Of a DNA stretch of 64,000 bases, positions 10,136 through 19,864 are shown in pieces. The notes beneath the pieces were generated by a model, which worked only from the letters and a program-made list of their open reading frames with translations, was not told the DNA's origin and searched no databases. This stretch comes from a bacterium. GTDB taxonomy: Bacteria > Patescibacteriota > Patescibacteriia > UBA1558 > UBA10009. Location: NCBI GenBank assembly GCA_018672055.1, contig JABHGM010000001.1, positions 264,884 through 328,883 on the forward strand, read 5' to 3'. The position numbers and the translations under genes are program-made. Every line of letters begins with the position of its first letter. Within the stretch, counting starts at the first letter, position 1.

Positions 10136-10584
10136 TTTTGTCTTAATTTAGGCAATATGTACGCGTGCAAGTCTACTATCAAAAACAATATTATCATATT
10201 TTACTGGTTAAAATGTATGTGTATCAGATAAAATCATTAGTTTTTTATAACAATAAAACTAGACATAAGTGCTAATTTTAAGACAAAAGAGTTTAAAACT
10301 GCTGTAAAGTATAGACAAAATATTGGTATAGTGTTGTGACTATGTAGTACCTTACCATAGTGGAAATTAGGATGTGGTTCTACCCCCCCCCTCTAATTCA
10401 TTTATTTAAAGATTGCGAAATTTAATAGTTAATAGTAATATAAAATAGAAGACAAATTGACAAGATAATAAGACTACATGGCTTATTTGTCGAGTCCAAA
10501 GTATTTATCACAATAATGATTAGGGGGGGATTGATGAAAATCATATATTGTGTAATAATTTAATTTATTAAACTTATTAAAAAT

Positions 10585-11319
10585 ATGAGTGATTACACTA
10601 AAAATTTTTTAACAGACGTTATTTTTAAAGTAGATTTCCCAGTTATTTTAGATTTACAAGATAGTCCGCCAAAGGAGTTTCAAAATGCAATCAAAGAAGA
10701 ATACCCTATTTTAGAGCCGTTTCAACAATTTAGTTTTATGATGGATAAGGAGTCAGAAGAACCCCCTCAGAATCTTAACAGAACTATATGGAAGTTTATG
10801 TCAAAAGATAAAAATAGGTCTATTGAACTTAGCTATCAGTCTTTAATAATAGTTTTTAAAGATTATCAAAGTTATGAAGATTTTAGAGAAATCATAGAAA
10901 AGATAATGGCTATATTTAATGAATTATATAAGAATGTTATAGTAGATAGAATAGGCTTACGATACATTAATCAAATAGAGTTGGAAGAAGAAGATATTTT
11001 TAATTGGGGTGATTATATTAATGACTGTTTGATATCTAATATAGATTTCTTAGAAAACAAAAATCAGATTAAAAGAACCATAGACATATTGGAGCTATCT
11101 TTAGATGATGAAGTTACACTAAATTTCCGATGGGGAATATATAATAGTTTATATCCTAGTGAAGTATCAAAGAAAGAATTCCTTCTAGACTTTGATTGTT
11201 TTACTCGTGTACAGATTGAAAGTGACCAGGTTATTGGAAAATTAGATATTTTTAATAGTATCATAACAGGATATTTTGAGAAAAGCATAGAAGATAAGTT
11301 TAGAGAATTATTAAGATAA
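10585..11319 (+). CDS. TIGR04255-like protein
   Basis: NFLTDVIFKVDF, RIGLRYINQI and FLLDFD motifs. Confidence 0.8.
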   Translation: MSDYTKNFLTDVIFKVDFPVILDLQDSPPKEFQNAIKEEYPILEPFQQFSFMMDKESEEPPQNLNRTIWKFMSKDKNRSIELSYQSLIIVFKDYQSYEDFREIIEKIMAIFNELYKNVIVDRIGLRYINQIELEEEDIFNWGDYINDCLISNIDFLENKNQIKRTIDILELSLDDEVTLNFRWGIYNSLYPSEVSKKEFLLDFDCFTRVQIESDQVIGKLDIFNSIITGYFEKSIEDKFRELLR

Positions 11320-11329
11320 TTAAAAAAAT

Positions 11330-11536
11330 ATGTTTAATGGAAATATAAAACTTTCGTCTGCAGAAGAACTTTCGGATTTATCAAAAATCGAAAAGACTGA
11401 ACCAAGCAAAAGAAACACCAATGAATCAAATGATAATGAACTCTCTAGAGATTATGATGTGGTAGGCAGGGAAGAACTAAAATACTATAAATCTAAATCA
11501 TTAAAAGCCAGCCGAATCGTTATAAAACTAGATTAG
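11330..11536 (+). CDS. small hypothetical protein
   Basis: 68 aa, operonic between two larger genes. Confidence 0.5.
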   Translation: MFNGNIKLSSAEELSDLSKIEKTEPSKRNTNESNDNELSRDYDVVGREELKYYKSKSLKASRIVIKLD

Positions 11537-11540
11537 TGTT

Positions 11541-12113
11541 ATGTTTATAAAGTCCAATAGCGAGAGAATATGTCAAGGGGATATTTTAGAAGATATTGAG
11601 TATTTGTCTCCTATAAGAAATAAAAATGATATTATAATAAATAAATTCATATTACCTTACATAGTAGTTTTGACTCAAGATTGCGATTTGAAGCAAGATT
11701 ATGGAACAAGAAACGATACCACTAGTCAAGATAATGATAAGTTTCTTAAATCATTATTAGTTTGTCCTGGTTATATAGCTAAACAAGTCAAACAAGGCAC
11801 ACATCTGGAAAGTCTGAATTTAAAAATGGGCTATTTAGGGAGTGATATCTGGAAGAGAGTAACTAGAAATGAAGACAAAAGGTATCATTACTTAGAAGGT
11901 AGGAAAAAAGTTGGCGAAGAATTAGTCGATATAGAAGATATAGTCTTAGATTTTAAGCATTATTATACTATACCTTGGGAAACTATGTATGAGCATCATA
12001 AAGATAAATATTTGATATCTTTAGATAAATTATATAGGGAAGATTTATCGCATCGTTTCTCACATTTTTTATCTAGAATTGGATTGCCTGATTTGAAGAC
12101 TAAAGATGAATAA
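11541..12113 (+). CDS. hypothetical protein, possibly PemK/MazF-like fold
   Basis: QGDI...VVLTQDCDL...LLVCP...HYL...LDF...SRIGLP. Confidence 0.65.
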   Translation: MFIKSNSERICQGDILEDIEYLSPIRNKNDIIINKFILPYIVVLTQDCDLKQDYGTRNDTTSQDNDKFLKSLLVCPGYIAKQVKQGTHLESLNLKMGYLGSDIWKRVTRNEDKRYHYLEGRKKVGEELVDIEDIVLDFKHYYTIPWETMYEHHKDKYLISLDKLYREDLSHRFSHFLSRIGLPDLKTKDE

Positions 12114-12146
12114 TGATAAAGAAGAAATCAGTAATTTTTTAAATAT

Positions 12147-12305
12147 ATGACATCAAAACTGTTTGCATATTTAGGATTAGGTATAATTGTTTATGTTATT
12201 GCTTGTTTTGTTACACAAACTTGGTTGGGCTTAGGCGGTTTTTTAGGAACTTTGTTTGTGGCAGGAATTATCTCTTTTCTTGTAGAAGAAACCGAGAAAA
12301 ATTAG
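12147..12305 (+). CDS. small membrane protein, 52 aa
   Basis: Manual translation MTSKLFAYLGLGIIVYVIACFVTQTWLGLGGFLGTLFVAGIISFLVEETEKN. Confidence 0.4.
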   Translation: MTSKLFAYLGLGIIVYVIACFVTQTWLGLGGFLGTLFVAGIISFLVEETEKN

Positions 12306-12324
12306 ATATTAAGTATTGCAACTA

Positions 12325-12401
12325 ATCAATTTAGTTCGAACATCCTCTACGAAGGGACCCCAAATTACCATCTATATTTATAGGTGGTTTTTTGATATAC
12401 T
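12325..12401 (+). repeat. att-like site 1 (arm A + core + arm X)
   Basis: atcaatttagttcgaacatcctctacgaagggACCCCA-aattaccatctatatttataggtggttttttgatatact. Confidence 0.9.
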
Positions 12402-12427
12402 TAATTTATATTATTAAATAAAAATTT

Positions 12428-13486
12428 ATGAAGAAAGTAATTATTTTTGTCTTAGCCTTAACTTTGTTATTAGGTAATTTTAGTTATGTTAAAGCGGAAG
12501 ACTTAGGTCAAAAATTAAAAGGTAGAATCCTTTTACAAGTAGAATCACGTGGTGAAGCTTGGTATGTTAATCCAGAGGATGGTACTAGAATGTATATGAA
12601 GGATGGTAATACAGCTTATTCAATGATGAGAAATTTAGGTCTAGGTATTACTAATGCTAATTTAGAGAAAATACCTATTGGTTTAGAAGAAAGATTTGAA
12701 GAATTGGATTCAGATAACGATGGTTTAAGTGATAAATTAGAAGAAGCTTTAGGTTCAGATAAATACGATACTGATACCGATAATGATGGATATTTGGACG
12801 GTGATGAGGTTAAAAATGGGTATGACGTATTAAGTAGTAACATCACTAAATTAAGTTATGATAATAATTTAGTGAATAACTTGAAAGGAAAAATACTCCT
12901 GCAGGTAGAATCACGTGGTGAAGCATGGTATGTTCACCCTGTTGATGGTAAAAGATATTATATGACAGATGGACCTGCTGCTTATCAAATAATGAGATAT
13001 TTGAGTTTAGGTATTACAAATAGCGATTTAAGAACAATAAGCTATAATAGAGAATATACTAATTGGTCAACATATTCTGACGAAAACTATAATTTTATAA
13101 TTAACTATCCTGAGGATTGGGAATTTTCAGAAATAGAGCTACATTACCAAGATAACTCAAGTCCATATATGATAGGTCTTAGACCTACTACCGTTGTCCA
13201 CGATTTTCAGTGGGGAGTTAATGTTTATGATAAAAATTATGTAGACATTCAAGAAGTAGCTGGCATGGGTGGAACTCAGTTTGAGGATAGAATAGTAAAA
13301 GAAAATGAGCTAATGGTTGGCGGTTTGCCAGCTTTAAGATACATTGTAACAACTGAAAGCATTCCAGATTGGTATTCTGAACAGATAGTTATTGAGGATG
13401 AGGATTATATATATACTATAGGTAATGGTGCTGTTGAAGATGATTTATTTACTGATTTTTATAATAGTTTTAGAATTCAGAAATAA
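12428..13486 (+). CDS. secreted protein with duplicated ILLQVESRGEAWYV domain, Ca-binding DxDxDG repeats and PsbP-like C-terminus (cassette 1)
   Basis: Signal peptide; internal repeat; DSDNDGLSD and DTDNDGYLD; INYPEDW. Confidence 0.8.
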   Translation: MKKVIIFVLALTLLLGNFSYVKAEDLGQKLKGRILLQVESRGEAWYVNPEDGTRMYMKDGNTAYSMMRNLGLGITNANLEKIPIGLEERFEELDSDNDGLSDKLEEALGSDKYDTDTDNDGYLDGDEVKNGYDVLSSNITKLSYDNNLVNNLKGKILLQVESRGEAWYVHPVDGKRYYMTDGPAAYQIMRYLSLGITNSDLRTISYNREYTNWSTYSDENYNFIINYPEDWEFSEIELHYQDNSSPYMIGLRPTTVVHDFQWGVNVYDKNYVDIQEVAGMGGTQFEDRIVKENELMVGGLPALRYIVTTESIPDWYSEQIVIEDEDYIYTIGNGAVEDDLFTDFYNSFRIQK

Positions 13487-13492
13487 TAACTC

Positions 13493-13569
13493 ATCAACTT
13501 AGTTCGAACATCGTCTACGAAGGGACCCCAAATTACCATCTATGTGTATAGGTGGTTTTTTGATATACT
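13493..13569 (+). repeat. att-like site 2 (arm A + core + arm X)
   Basis: atcaacttagttcgaacatcgtctacgaagggACCCCA-aattaccatctatgtgtataggtggttttttgatatact. Confidence 0.9.
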
Positions 13570-13597
13570 AAATACATATTATTAAACATTAAATTAT

Positions 13598-14131
13598 ATG
13601 AAAAAATCAGTTAAGTATTTATTAACATTTTTTGGCTTTTTATTAATAGTAGTTACCATTTTTTATTTATATGATATATTAAATGTTGACAACTATAAGG
13701 AGTTTACAAAAGAATTTCAACTAAAAAATTCTCCTTATAATAAATTATGTACAGAATTGAATAGAAAAGAATGTACTGATAATGAAAAATGCATTGTTTT
13801 TTCTACATCGAGTGATAAATATACCATGGATGTAGTATTTGATGGGTGTTATGGGTTAACTGATGAACAGATTGAAAAGCATAGAGAGAACAAGAAATTA
13901 TGTTCTACAGAAAATGGTAATTGGTTGGACTCTCGAGAATGTATCTGCAAAAATGATTCCATAAATAGCATGTACCAGATTTTTAGGGAAGGTTATGGTT
14001 GTATTGATTTTGATAAAGAATGTGAATTGGCTGGAGGAACTTGGTCTAAAAATAGTGCAATGTATTCGTCTAACCGAAACTGTATTTGCTCTAATGGAGA
14101 GCCATACTCTTATAAAACTAGGTGTGAATAA
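13598..14131 (+). CDS. Cys-rich membrane-anchored or secreted protein (cassette 2)
   Basis: N-terminal TM helix; many Cys; CxxxxGxW...CxC twice. Confidence 0.75.
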   Translation: MKKSVKYLLTFFGFLLIVVTIFYLYDILNVDNYKEFTKEFQLKNSPYNKLCTELNRKECTDNEKCIVFSTSSDKYTMDVVFDGCYGLTDEQIEKHRENKKLCSTENGNWLDSRECICKNDSINSMYQIFREGYGCIDFDKECELAGGTWSKNSAMYSSNRNCICSNGEPYSYKTRCE

Positions 14132-14177
14132 TTATATTGGTAATTTATTAAACTCTACTGATTATAACTCATAACTT

Positions 14178-14248
14178 ATCAACTTAGTTCGAACATCCTC
14201 TACGAAGGGACCCCACAGAAATCTCTCCTGAAATATGGAGGGATTTTT
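14178..14248 (+). repeat. att-like site 3 (arm A + core + arm Y)
   Basis: atcaacttagttcgaacatcctctacgaagggACCCCA-cagaaatctctcctgaaatatggagggattttt. Confidence 0.9.
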
Positions 14249-14309
14249 GTATAAAAAAGCCTATTAAAATTATAGGCTCTTTGTTTTAATAAATTTATTA
14301 TTTAACGAA

Positions 14310-15995
14310 TTAGTTAATTATTTCCATAAATTTAAAGAAGTTTTCAGATACAGGTCTTGAATAAAGAATTTCTTCATTTTCTAAATTTATAATTGAAGTA
14401 GTTCTACTACCGTCTAGTATTAAGTGGTCGTCATCAGTCCATGATAATGTAAACGATTCAGGTATAGTTGCAATATTTGATATTTCTGAAGTCTCTAAAT
14501 TAAAACTATATAAGTAATTTTGTTTTATATAGTATATTGAATCATCGTTTCTTGAGAAAATTGGTGATTTAATACTTGTACCATTGTCTAGTTCTTTATA
14601 ATTACTACCATCTATATCAGATATACTTAGATGATAATTATTATTATCTTTAAAAGTGAATATCACTTTGTCACCAGAAGATGAGAAGTTAACATCATAA
14701 AAACTCATGCCTCCTAAATTAAATGTTTCAGCAATGTTTTGTGAATTTTTTATATTGTCAGATATAATCCAAAGTCCTACGCCACTATAACCTCCATCAT
14801 TAGCCTTTGCTAAAGTGTTACCTATAGGGCTCCAGGTTACTGTTTTTAAACCATTACCCAATCTTAAATTAGTATATTCATTATTCTTAATATTAATAAC
14901 GCCTATGAATGAACCTTCATGTAGAGATTGACTAAAGCTAATATACTGGCTATCAGATGACCATTTTGGATGAAATAAATGATAAGCTTCTAAGTCTGTA
15001 ATTGACCAACTAGGCATTCCAGGATAATTATCATCTATTTTACTTATTATTGTTGTTGTATTTTTATTTAATAAATCGTAAATTTTTAGACCTTCTTGGT
15101 CAATAAAGGCTAAAGAATTATTGTCAGGAGATAAGGATATACTAGGTTTAGATTTTGTCCACCAACTACCACTTGATTCTGCTTTCTTAAATTCATTATA
15201 TTCTAAAATTATTTCTTGAGAATCAGTTTGTAGACTTTTTTTATATACAGTTACAGTGAAGTCTTTTTTTGTTGCGTATAATAAATTGTTTTTTTCTAGC
15301 GAAACATTACTTTTAGATTCTTGGTCAGATAGATTAATTATCCAATCAGAACTTAATGTTTCTTGATTTCCAAGAAATCGGAAGGTTGAAGCTGTTTGTT
15401 TAAATAGATCGAAATCAAAATTATTATCTTCTAGATTTAATCTAATACCTCTATATTTTGTATCTTTTGATTTTGGTTCAAAATATGCCAGTGTGCTAAT
15501 TACTGTCTCATCTTGAGTATATATCTCATTTGGAGTATAAGTTCTTTTACATTTTGATATATAGCCTAGTGTTGTATTATTATCAACTAATTTCTCAAAT
15601 AAAATATTTGTACCTCCTACCATACCACCTGATAAGCATTCGTTATGAATGTAATCTTCAAGAGATTGTTTTGAGGTTTCAATTGGTGCTGTAGTACCTA
15701 TATGAAATAAAGTGTTATTATCACCTTCTATTTTATTCATAAAGTGTGTACCACCATCGATGCCAGTATCAACATAAAACCATTCAGTAGGATAATCAAT
15801 TTGGAAATTATATTTATAATTTATGTAAGTTTTCAAGTTTTCATCAATTACCTTATTTTCAGATGATTTATTATCTGATTGTTCGGTATGAGTTATTTCA
15901 TTATTTTGATTAGTAATCTCTTCTTTAGATTGTTTTAGAATACAACCAGTTGAGATTATGACTATTACAATTAAGATAATAATAATTTTTTTCAT
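14310..15995 (-). CDS. putative lipoprotein with PsbP-like domain and TolB-like beta-propeller (cassette 3)
   Basis: Lipobox-like ISTGC; IDYPTEW; repeated WSSD/WSPI/FSSS/FSRN blades. Confidence 0.8.
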   Translation of the reverse strand: MKKIIIILIVIVIISTGCILKQSKEEITNQNNEITHTEQSDNKSSENKVIDENLKTYINYKYNFQIDYPTEWFYVDTGIDGGTHFMNKIEGDNNTLFHIGTTAPIETSKQSLEDYIHNECLSGGMVGGTNILFEKLVDNNTTLGYISKCKRTYTPNEIYTQDETVISTLAYFEPKSKDTKYRGIRLNLEDNNFDFDLFKQTASTFRFLGNQETLSSDWIINLSDQESKSNVSLEKNNLLYATKKDFTVTVYKKSLQTDSQEIILEYNEFKKAESSGSWWTKSKPSISLSPDNNSLAFIDQEGLKIYDLLNKNTTTIISKIDDNYPGMPSWSITDLEAYHLFHPKWSSDSQYISFSQSLHEGSFIGVINIKNNEYTNLRLGNGLKTVTWSPIGNTLAKANDGGYSGVGLWIISDNIKNSQNIAETFNLGGMSFYDVNFSSSGDKVIFTFKDNNNYHLSISDIDGSNYKELDNGTSIKSPIFSRNDDSIYYIKQNYLYSFNLETSEISNIATIPESFTLSWTDDDHLILDGSRTTSIINLENEEILYSRPVSENFFKFMEIIN

Positions 15996-16075
15996 ATGTT
16001 TAGTATAAATATTAAGCTCTCTTTGCTTCGAACTTAGCAGATTAATTAAGTTTTGTCAATCCTAGCTCATATTGT

Positions 16076-16152
16076 ATTAACTTAGTTCGAACATCGTCTA
16101 CGAAGGGACCCCAAATTACCATCTATGTATATAGGTGGTTTTTTGATATACT
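16076..16152 (+). repeat. att-like site 4 (arm A + core + arm X)
   Basis: attaacttagttcgaacatcgtctacgaagggACCCCA-aattaccatctatgtatataggtggttttttgatatact. Confidence 0.9.
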
Positions 16153-16173
16153 TAAATTAATTATTAATAAAAT

Positions 16174-16593
16174 ATGGATAATCTAAAAACAATATTAAAG
16201 AATTATATAATCTCCTATTTATTTTTTTATATTCTTACTCTTATTATAATTTATTTTTATTTATTTTCTGTATTTTCAGATGTTATACCAGAAATGGATT
16301 TTTCAAGTTATATGATGTTCAATCTACTTGGGGGCATTATAGCAGTAACAGTATATATTTTAATTCATTCATTATTATCGATAAAATTTAAAGATATTTT
16401 CGATATGAAGAAAAATATATTACTTGTTTTAGTTCCCGTAATTGCATATCAGATTGTTGAGAATTATAATTTTAAATGGTTTAATCTTGATTTGCCTTTG
16501 CATTATTATTACTACATAAATTATGCAATGTGGTGCATAGTTTTTCTCATTCTTTATAATTTTGTTAAAAATAAAGTTATTATAAAGATATAA
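16174..16593 (+). CDS. 4-TM membrane protein (cassette 4)
   Basis: Four hydrophobic segments. Confidence 0.65.
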   Translation: MDNLKTILKNYIISYLFFYILTLIIIYFYLFSVFSDVIPEMDFSSYMMFNLLGGIIAVTVYILIHSLLSIKFKDIFDMKKNILLVLVPVIAYQIVENYNFKWFNLDLPLHYYYYINYAMWCIVFLILYNFVKNKVIIKI

Positions 16594-16621
16594 AAATATC
16601 TAGAACAACATCAGAAAATCT

Positions 16622-16840
16622 ATGAAAAAGATAAAAAATATTAATATTTCCTGGGAACTTCTACTAATAATAAACCTTTTGTTTATTATTAGTATAATCT
16701 TTTTTATAGGAGAAGCTACTACTTATTTTAATAAAAGGACTTATTATACAATAGCCCAAGTAATACAATTAGGCTCTTTTTTCTCAACAATATTATTTTT
16801 ATATTTTTTCAATAAATATTTTAGAAAAAAAATTAAATAA
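16622..16840 (+). CDS. 2-TM membrane protein (cassette 4)
   Basis: Two hydrophobic segments. Confidence 0.55.
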   Translation: MKKIKNINISWELLLIINLLFIISIIFFIGEATTYFNKRTYYTIAQVIQLGSFFSTILFLYFFNKYFRKKIK

Positions 16841-16855
16841 TTCAACAATTTCAAT

Positions 16856-16927
16856 ATCAATGGTTCTGAACTCATCCCGTAGGGGACCCCACAAAGACAT
16901 CTTCCTTAATTGGGAGGTGTTTTTTTT
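16856..16927 (+). repeat. att-like site 5 (divergent arm A' + core + terminator)
   Basis: atcaatggttctgaactcatcccgtaggggACCCCA-caaagacatcttccttaattgggaggtgtttttttt. Confidence 0.8.
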
Positions 16928-16986
16928 GTGTATGGTTGACATAAACAATAATAAAGTATAAAATACTTTTTTATTTAATTAAAATT

Positions 16987-18438
16987 ATGTCTGAAGAAGT
17001 AATATTAAGATTTAACAAAGTTGATTTTGAATATGAGCATAAAAAACCGATTTTACATCAGGCTAGCTTTAGTATTCGTCAGGGAGCTAAATTTACTTTA
17101 ATGGGTCAAAATGGAGCTGGTAAAAGTACTATCTTTAGTTTAATTAAAGGCAAACTTAAAGCCGATAGTGGTATGATTTCAGTGACAGGCAATGCTTCTA
17201 TTGGTATAGCTAATCAAGTAATAAGTCGTGCTGATTATCCTTTAACTTTGGAAGAGTATTTTGCCAAAGCTTTTAATTCAATACCTGGTGATTTAAAGAG
17301 TAGGATTGCTAAAGTAATGGATGCTGTTAATTTAGAAATACCTTTCGAAAGAATAATTGGAGAATTATCTGGCGGACAACAAGCTAGAATTTTGTTAGCT
17401 TACGCTTTAATTCAGAATCCAGATGTTTTATTACTGGATGAACCAACAAATAATTTAGACAGAGCTGGCATAGATCATTTAATTGGTTTCTTATTAAGTT
17501 ACTCTAAGACAGTCTTAGTAATTTCACACGATGCTGACTTTTTAAACTTATTTACAGAAGGAGTTATTTATTTAAATAATTTTAATCATGAAACTGAAAT
17601 GTATGTTGGAGATTACTACTCAGTAGTAGATGAAATTAAGGCTAGAGTTGATAGAGAAGAAAAACTTAATGCACAATTAGAGAAGAAAATCCGTGATCGT
17701 AAAGATAAGGTAAACTTCTTTGCTAATAAAGGTGGTAAAATGAGGCAGCTTGCTAAGAAGTTAAAAGAAGAAACTAAGGTAATGGAAGAAAACAAAGTTG
17801 AGGTTAGAAAAGAAGATAAGGTCATTAGAAATTTTAATATACCTGCACAAGATATTACTGGCACTATTGTTAATTTAACAAAGATAAAAATTATAGCAGA
17901 TCATCAACCTATTATAAAAAAGGTAGATATTGAATTAAAGAGAAGAAGTAGAATGTTAATAGTTGGTCCTAATGGTATTGGCAAGAGTACATTATTACGC
18001 AATCTATTAGCTCAAAAAGAAGATGGGTTAATTATCTCTCCTGATGTTGTTGTTGGCTATTACAGTCAAGATTTTGCATCATTAGATTTTGATCAAAAGG
18101 TTTTTGATTCTTTAAAAGAAGCTAGTTTAAATTCTACTGATGAGCAAGTTATTCGTTCTGTTGCAGCAAAGTTTTTACTAACCAGTGATTTAATGGATAA
18201 GCTAATTTCTGCTTTATCAGAAGGACAAAAAGGTTTACTTTCTTTAGCTAGATTAGTATTGATGAAACCCGGCCTATTGATTTTAGATGAACCAACTAAT
18301 CATATTAACTTCAGACATTTACCAATAATAATTGAAGCTTTAAATAGCTATGATGGAGCTTTGATGATGGTTAGTCATATGCCAGAGTTTGTAGAGAAGA
18401 TTGAATTTAATCAACAACTAGATTTAAGTAAGCTTTAA
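16987..18438 (+). CDS. ABC-F family ATPase (cassette 5)
   Basis: Two NBDs (GQNGAGKS/LSGGQ/LLLDEPTNNLD and GPNGIGKS/LSEGQ/LILDEPTNH) with a linker and no TM; TTGACA promoter upstream. Confidence 0.92.
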   Translation: MSEEVILRFNKVDFEYEHKKPILHQASFSIRQGAKFTLMGQNGAGKSTIFSLIKGKLKADSGMISVTGNASIGIANQVISRADYPLTLEEYFAKAFNSIPGDLKSRIAKVMDAVNLEIPFERIIGELSGGQQARILLAYALIQNPDVLLLDEPTNNLDRAGIDHLIGFLLSYSKTVLVISHDADFLNLFTEGVIYLNNFNHETEMYVGDYYSVVDEIKARVDREEKLNAQLEKKIRDRKDKVNFFANKGGKMRQLAKKLKEETKVMEENKVEVRKEDKVIRNFNIPAQDITGTIVNLTKIKIIADHQPIIKKVDIELKRRSRMLIVGPNGIGKSTLLRNLLAQKEDGLIISPDVVVGYYSQDFASLDFDQKVFDSLKEASLNSTDEQVIRSVAAKFLLTSDLMDKLISALSEGQKGLLSLARLVLMKPGLLILDEPTNHINFRHLPIIIEALNSYDGALMMVSHMPEFVEKIEFNQQLDLSKL

Positions 18439-18526
18439 AAGTTTTATTATAAATTTTTATAGCCTTTATTTTATCCTTAACATTAGTCATATATTCTCTA
18501 TCAGATAGAATAGTTATAATATCATT

Positions 18527-18575
18527 CTGACACTCACCCCAACAGAAATCTCTCCTGAAATATGGAGGGATTTTT
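18527..18575 (+). repeat. att-like site 6 (arm C + core + arm Y)
   Basis: ctgacactcACCCCA-a-cagaaatctctcctgaaatatggagggattttt. Confidence 0.75.
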
Positions 18576-18629
18576 TTATATAAAAAAGGGGGCAGACTAT
18601 TGTCTGCCCCATTGAATATAACTTTGTTG

Positions 18630-19163
18630 TTATTTTAGAGGAATTTCGATTTCCATAGCTTTGATAATACTCGAACATCGTTTATAGTATGGATCTTTTT
18701 TTTCGAATTCTTCTAATTTCTTTTTCATTGCTTCTGTAGCATTGAGTTTTTTGAGAATCAATCCTATTATACCGTAATTCCAGAAATAATTTTTCATAAA
18801 CATTTCAGGAATTATTTCGATAAGATGGTCAGAGATTTTTTGATTCCATTCATCAGAAAGCTGAATGCATTCTTCATTTAATAGGAAGATAATAGTTTTG
18901 TGATGCCACTCTTGATAAGTTTTTTTTTCAAGTGAGCTACAGAAATTACTATATACTCCAGTTAAATAATTAAAGATTATTTCTCCAATATCTTTATTGA
19001 AGAAATAAATCTGTGCGGTAATGAAATTTCCGAAGTGGATAGTATCATTAATGGTGTATGAGTGGGATTCTTCTTGAGAAGAACAGTCAATCCAGTTGTT
19101 GGTAATAACCCATTTACCTTCCATCATTTTTTTGAGTAAATCTTCTATTTTATCATGATTCAT
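18630..19163 (-). CDS. hypothetical protein (cassette 6)
   Basis: 177 aa; GAAAGAGGG SD; TTGACA-N17-TATTAT; own terminator at ~18582-18610. Confidence 0.65.
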   Translation of the reverse strand: MNHDKIEDLLKKMMEGKWVITNNWIDCSSQEESHSYTINDTIHFGNFITAQIYFFNKDIGEIIFNYLTGVYSNFCSSLEKKTYQEWHHKTIIFLLNEECIQLSDEWNQKISDHLIEIIPEMFMKNYFWNYGIIGLILKKLNATEAMKKKLEEFEKKDPYYKRCSSIIKAMEIEIPLK

Positions 19164-19258
19164 AATGCCCTCTTTCTTTTTTTGTTGAATTTTATTATGT
19201 TAAAGAACAGATTATAATACCTCATATTAACTATTTTGTCAACCCTATCTCATAATGT

Positions 19259-19329
19259 ATCAATTTAGTTCGAACATCGTCTACGAAGGGACTCCACAGA
19301 AATCTCTCCTGAAATATGGAGGGATTTTT
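19259..19329 (+). repeat. att-like site 7 (arm A + variant core ACTCCA + arm Y)
   Basis: atcaatttagttcgaacatcgtctacgaagggACTCCA-cagaaatctctcctgaaatatggagggattttt. Confidence 0.88.
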
Positions 19330-19379
19330 GTATAAAAAAGCCCACGAAAATTTTGTGGGCTTGTTAGTGATGTCACATA

Positions 19380-19622
19380 TTATTTTTTAATAATTTTTGC
19401 GTTTTTGAAATTTATTCTCTTCAATAGACCATTTCTTTCGTATACAATCATGCTTCCAATATTTTGCAGCTCTTCTTCAGGGAGTCCAGGGAATTTACAG
19501 ATAAATCTGTTAAATCCTGGATTTTGGATCCTGCTAATTACTTCAATTATTTTACCATCATTAAGTAAGATATTGTATTTTTTTGGGTCCATTGATTCCC
19601 ATTGTTTTTCAGTGATACTCAT
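19380..19622 (-). CDS. small hypothetical protein (cassette 7)
   Basis: 80 aa; GAAAGGA SD; TTGACA-N17-TATTAT; terminator at ~19334-19362. Confidence 0.6.
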   Translation of the reverse strand: MSITEKQWESMDPKKYNILLNDGKIIEVISRIQNPGFNRFICKFPGLPEEELQNIGSMIVYERNGLLKRINFKNAKIIKK

Positions 19623-19735
19623 TTGAGCATCCTTTCATTTATGCGTTATTAATTTGTTATTGTTTTTACGTAATATGCAATAATAGTATATTTATACTAT
19701 TTTGTCAATCATAGCTTAAAATCTTCTCATATTCC

Positions 19736-19837
19736 TTCCAAATATCTTTGAATGTATTACATAGGAAGATTTTAATAAAGTTACGACTGCCACCCCATCA
19801 AAAAATCATTCCATCAGGGATGGTTTTTTGTTATACT
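19736..19837 (+). repeat. att-like site 8 (arm B + core + terminator/-10)
   Basis: ...ttttaataaagttacgactgccACCCCA (ends 19797)-tcaaaaaatcattccatcagggatggttttttgttatact. Confidence 0.8.
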
Positions 19838-19864
19838 GAAAGTGTAATAATTAATAGAAAAATT

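Larger units (their letters stand above)
5853..12362. mobile_element. ~6.5 kb integrative element in the tRNA-His 3' end
   Basis: Bounded by the ACCCCA core at 5853-5858 and 12357-12362; carries serine recombinase, excisionase-like HTH, SpoVG-like gene and cargo. Confidence 0.8.

Noticed and set aside
12331-12362. Arm A as a tRNA gene or simple duplicated tRNA 3' half (GTTCGAA...CCA)
   Set aside because: No cloverleaf or T-stem, and identity to tRNA-His is limited to about 10 nt at the end; the variation fits coding on the minus strand better.
5853-12362. Prophage, retron or DGR
   Set aside because: No structural phage genes, reverse transcriptase or TR/VR pair is visible.
19748-19864. N-terminal extension of the 19748..20383 ORF
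   Set aside because: It runs through att site 8 and its terminator; ATG 19865 gives a proper signal peptide.
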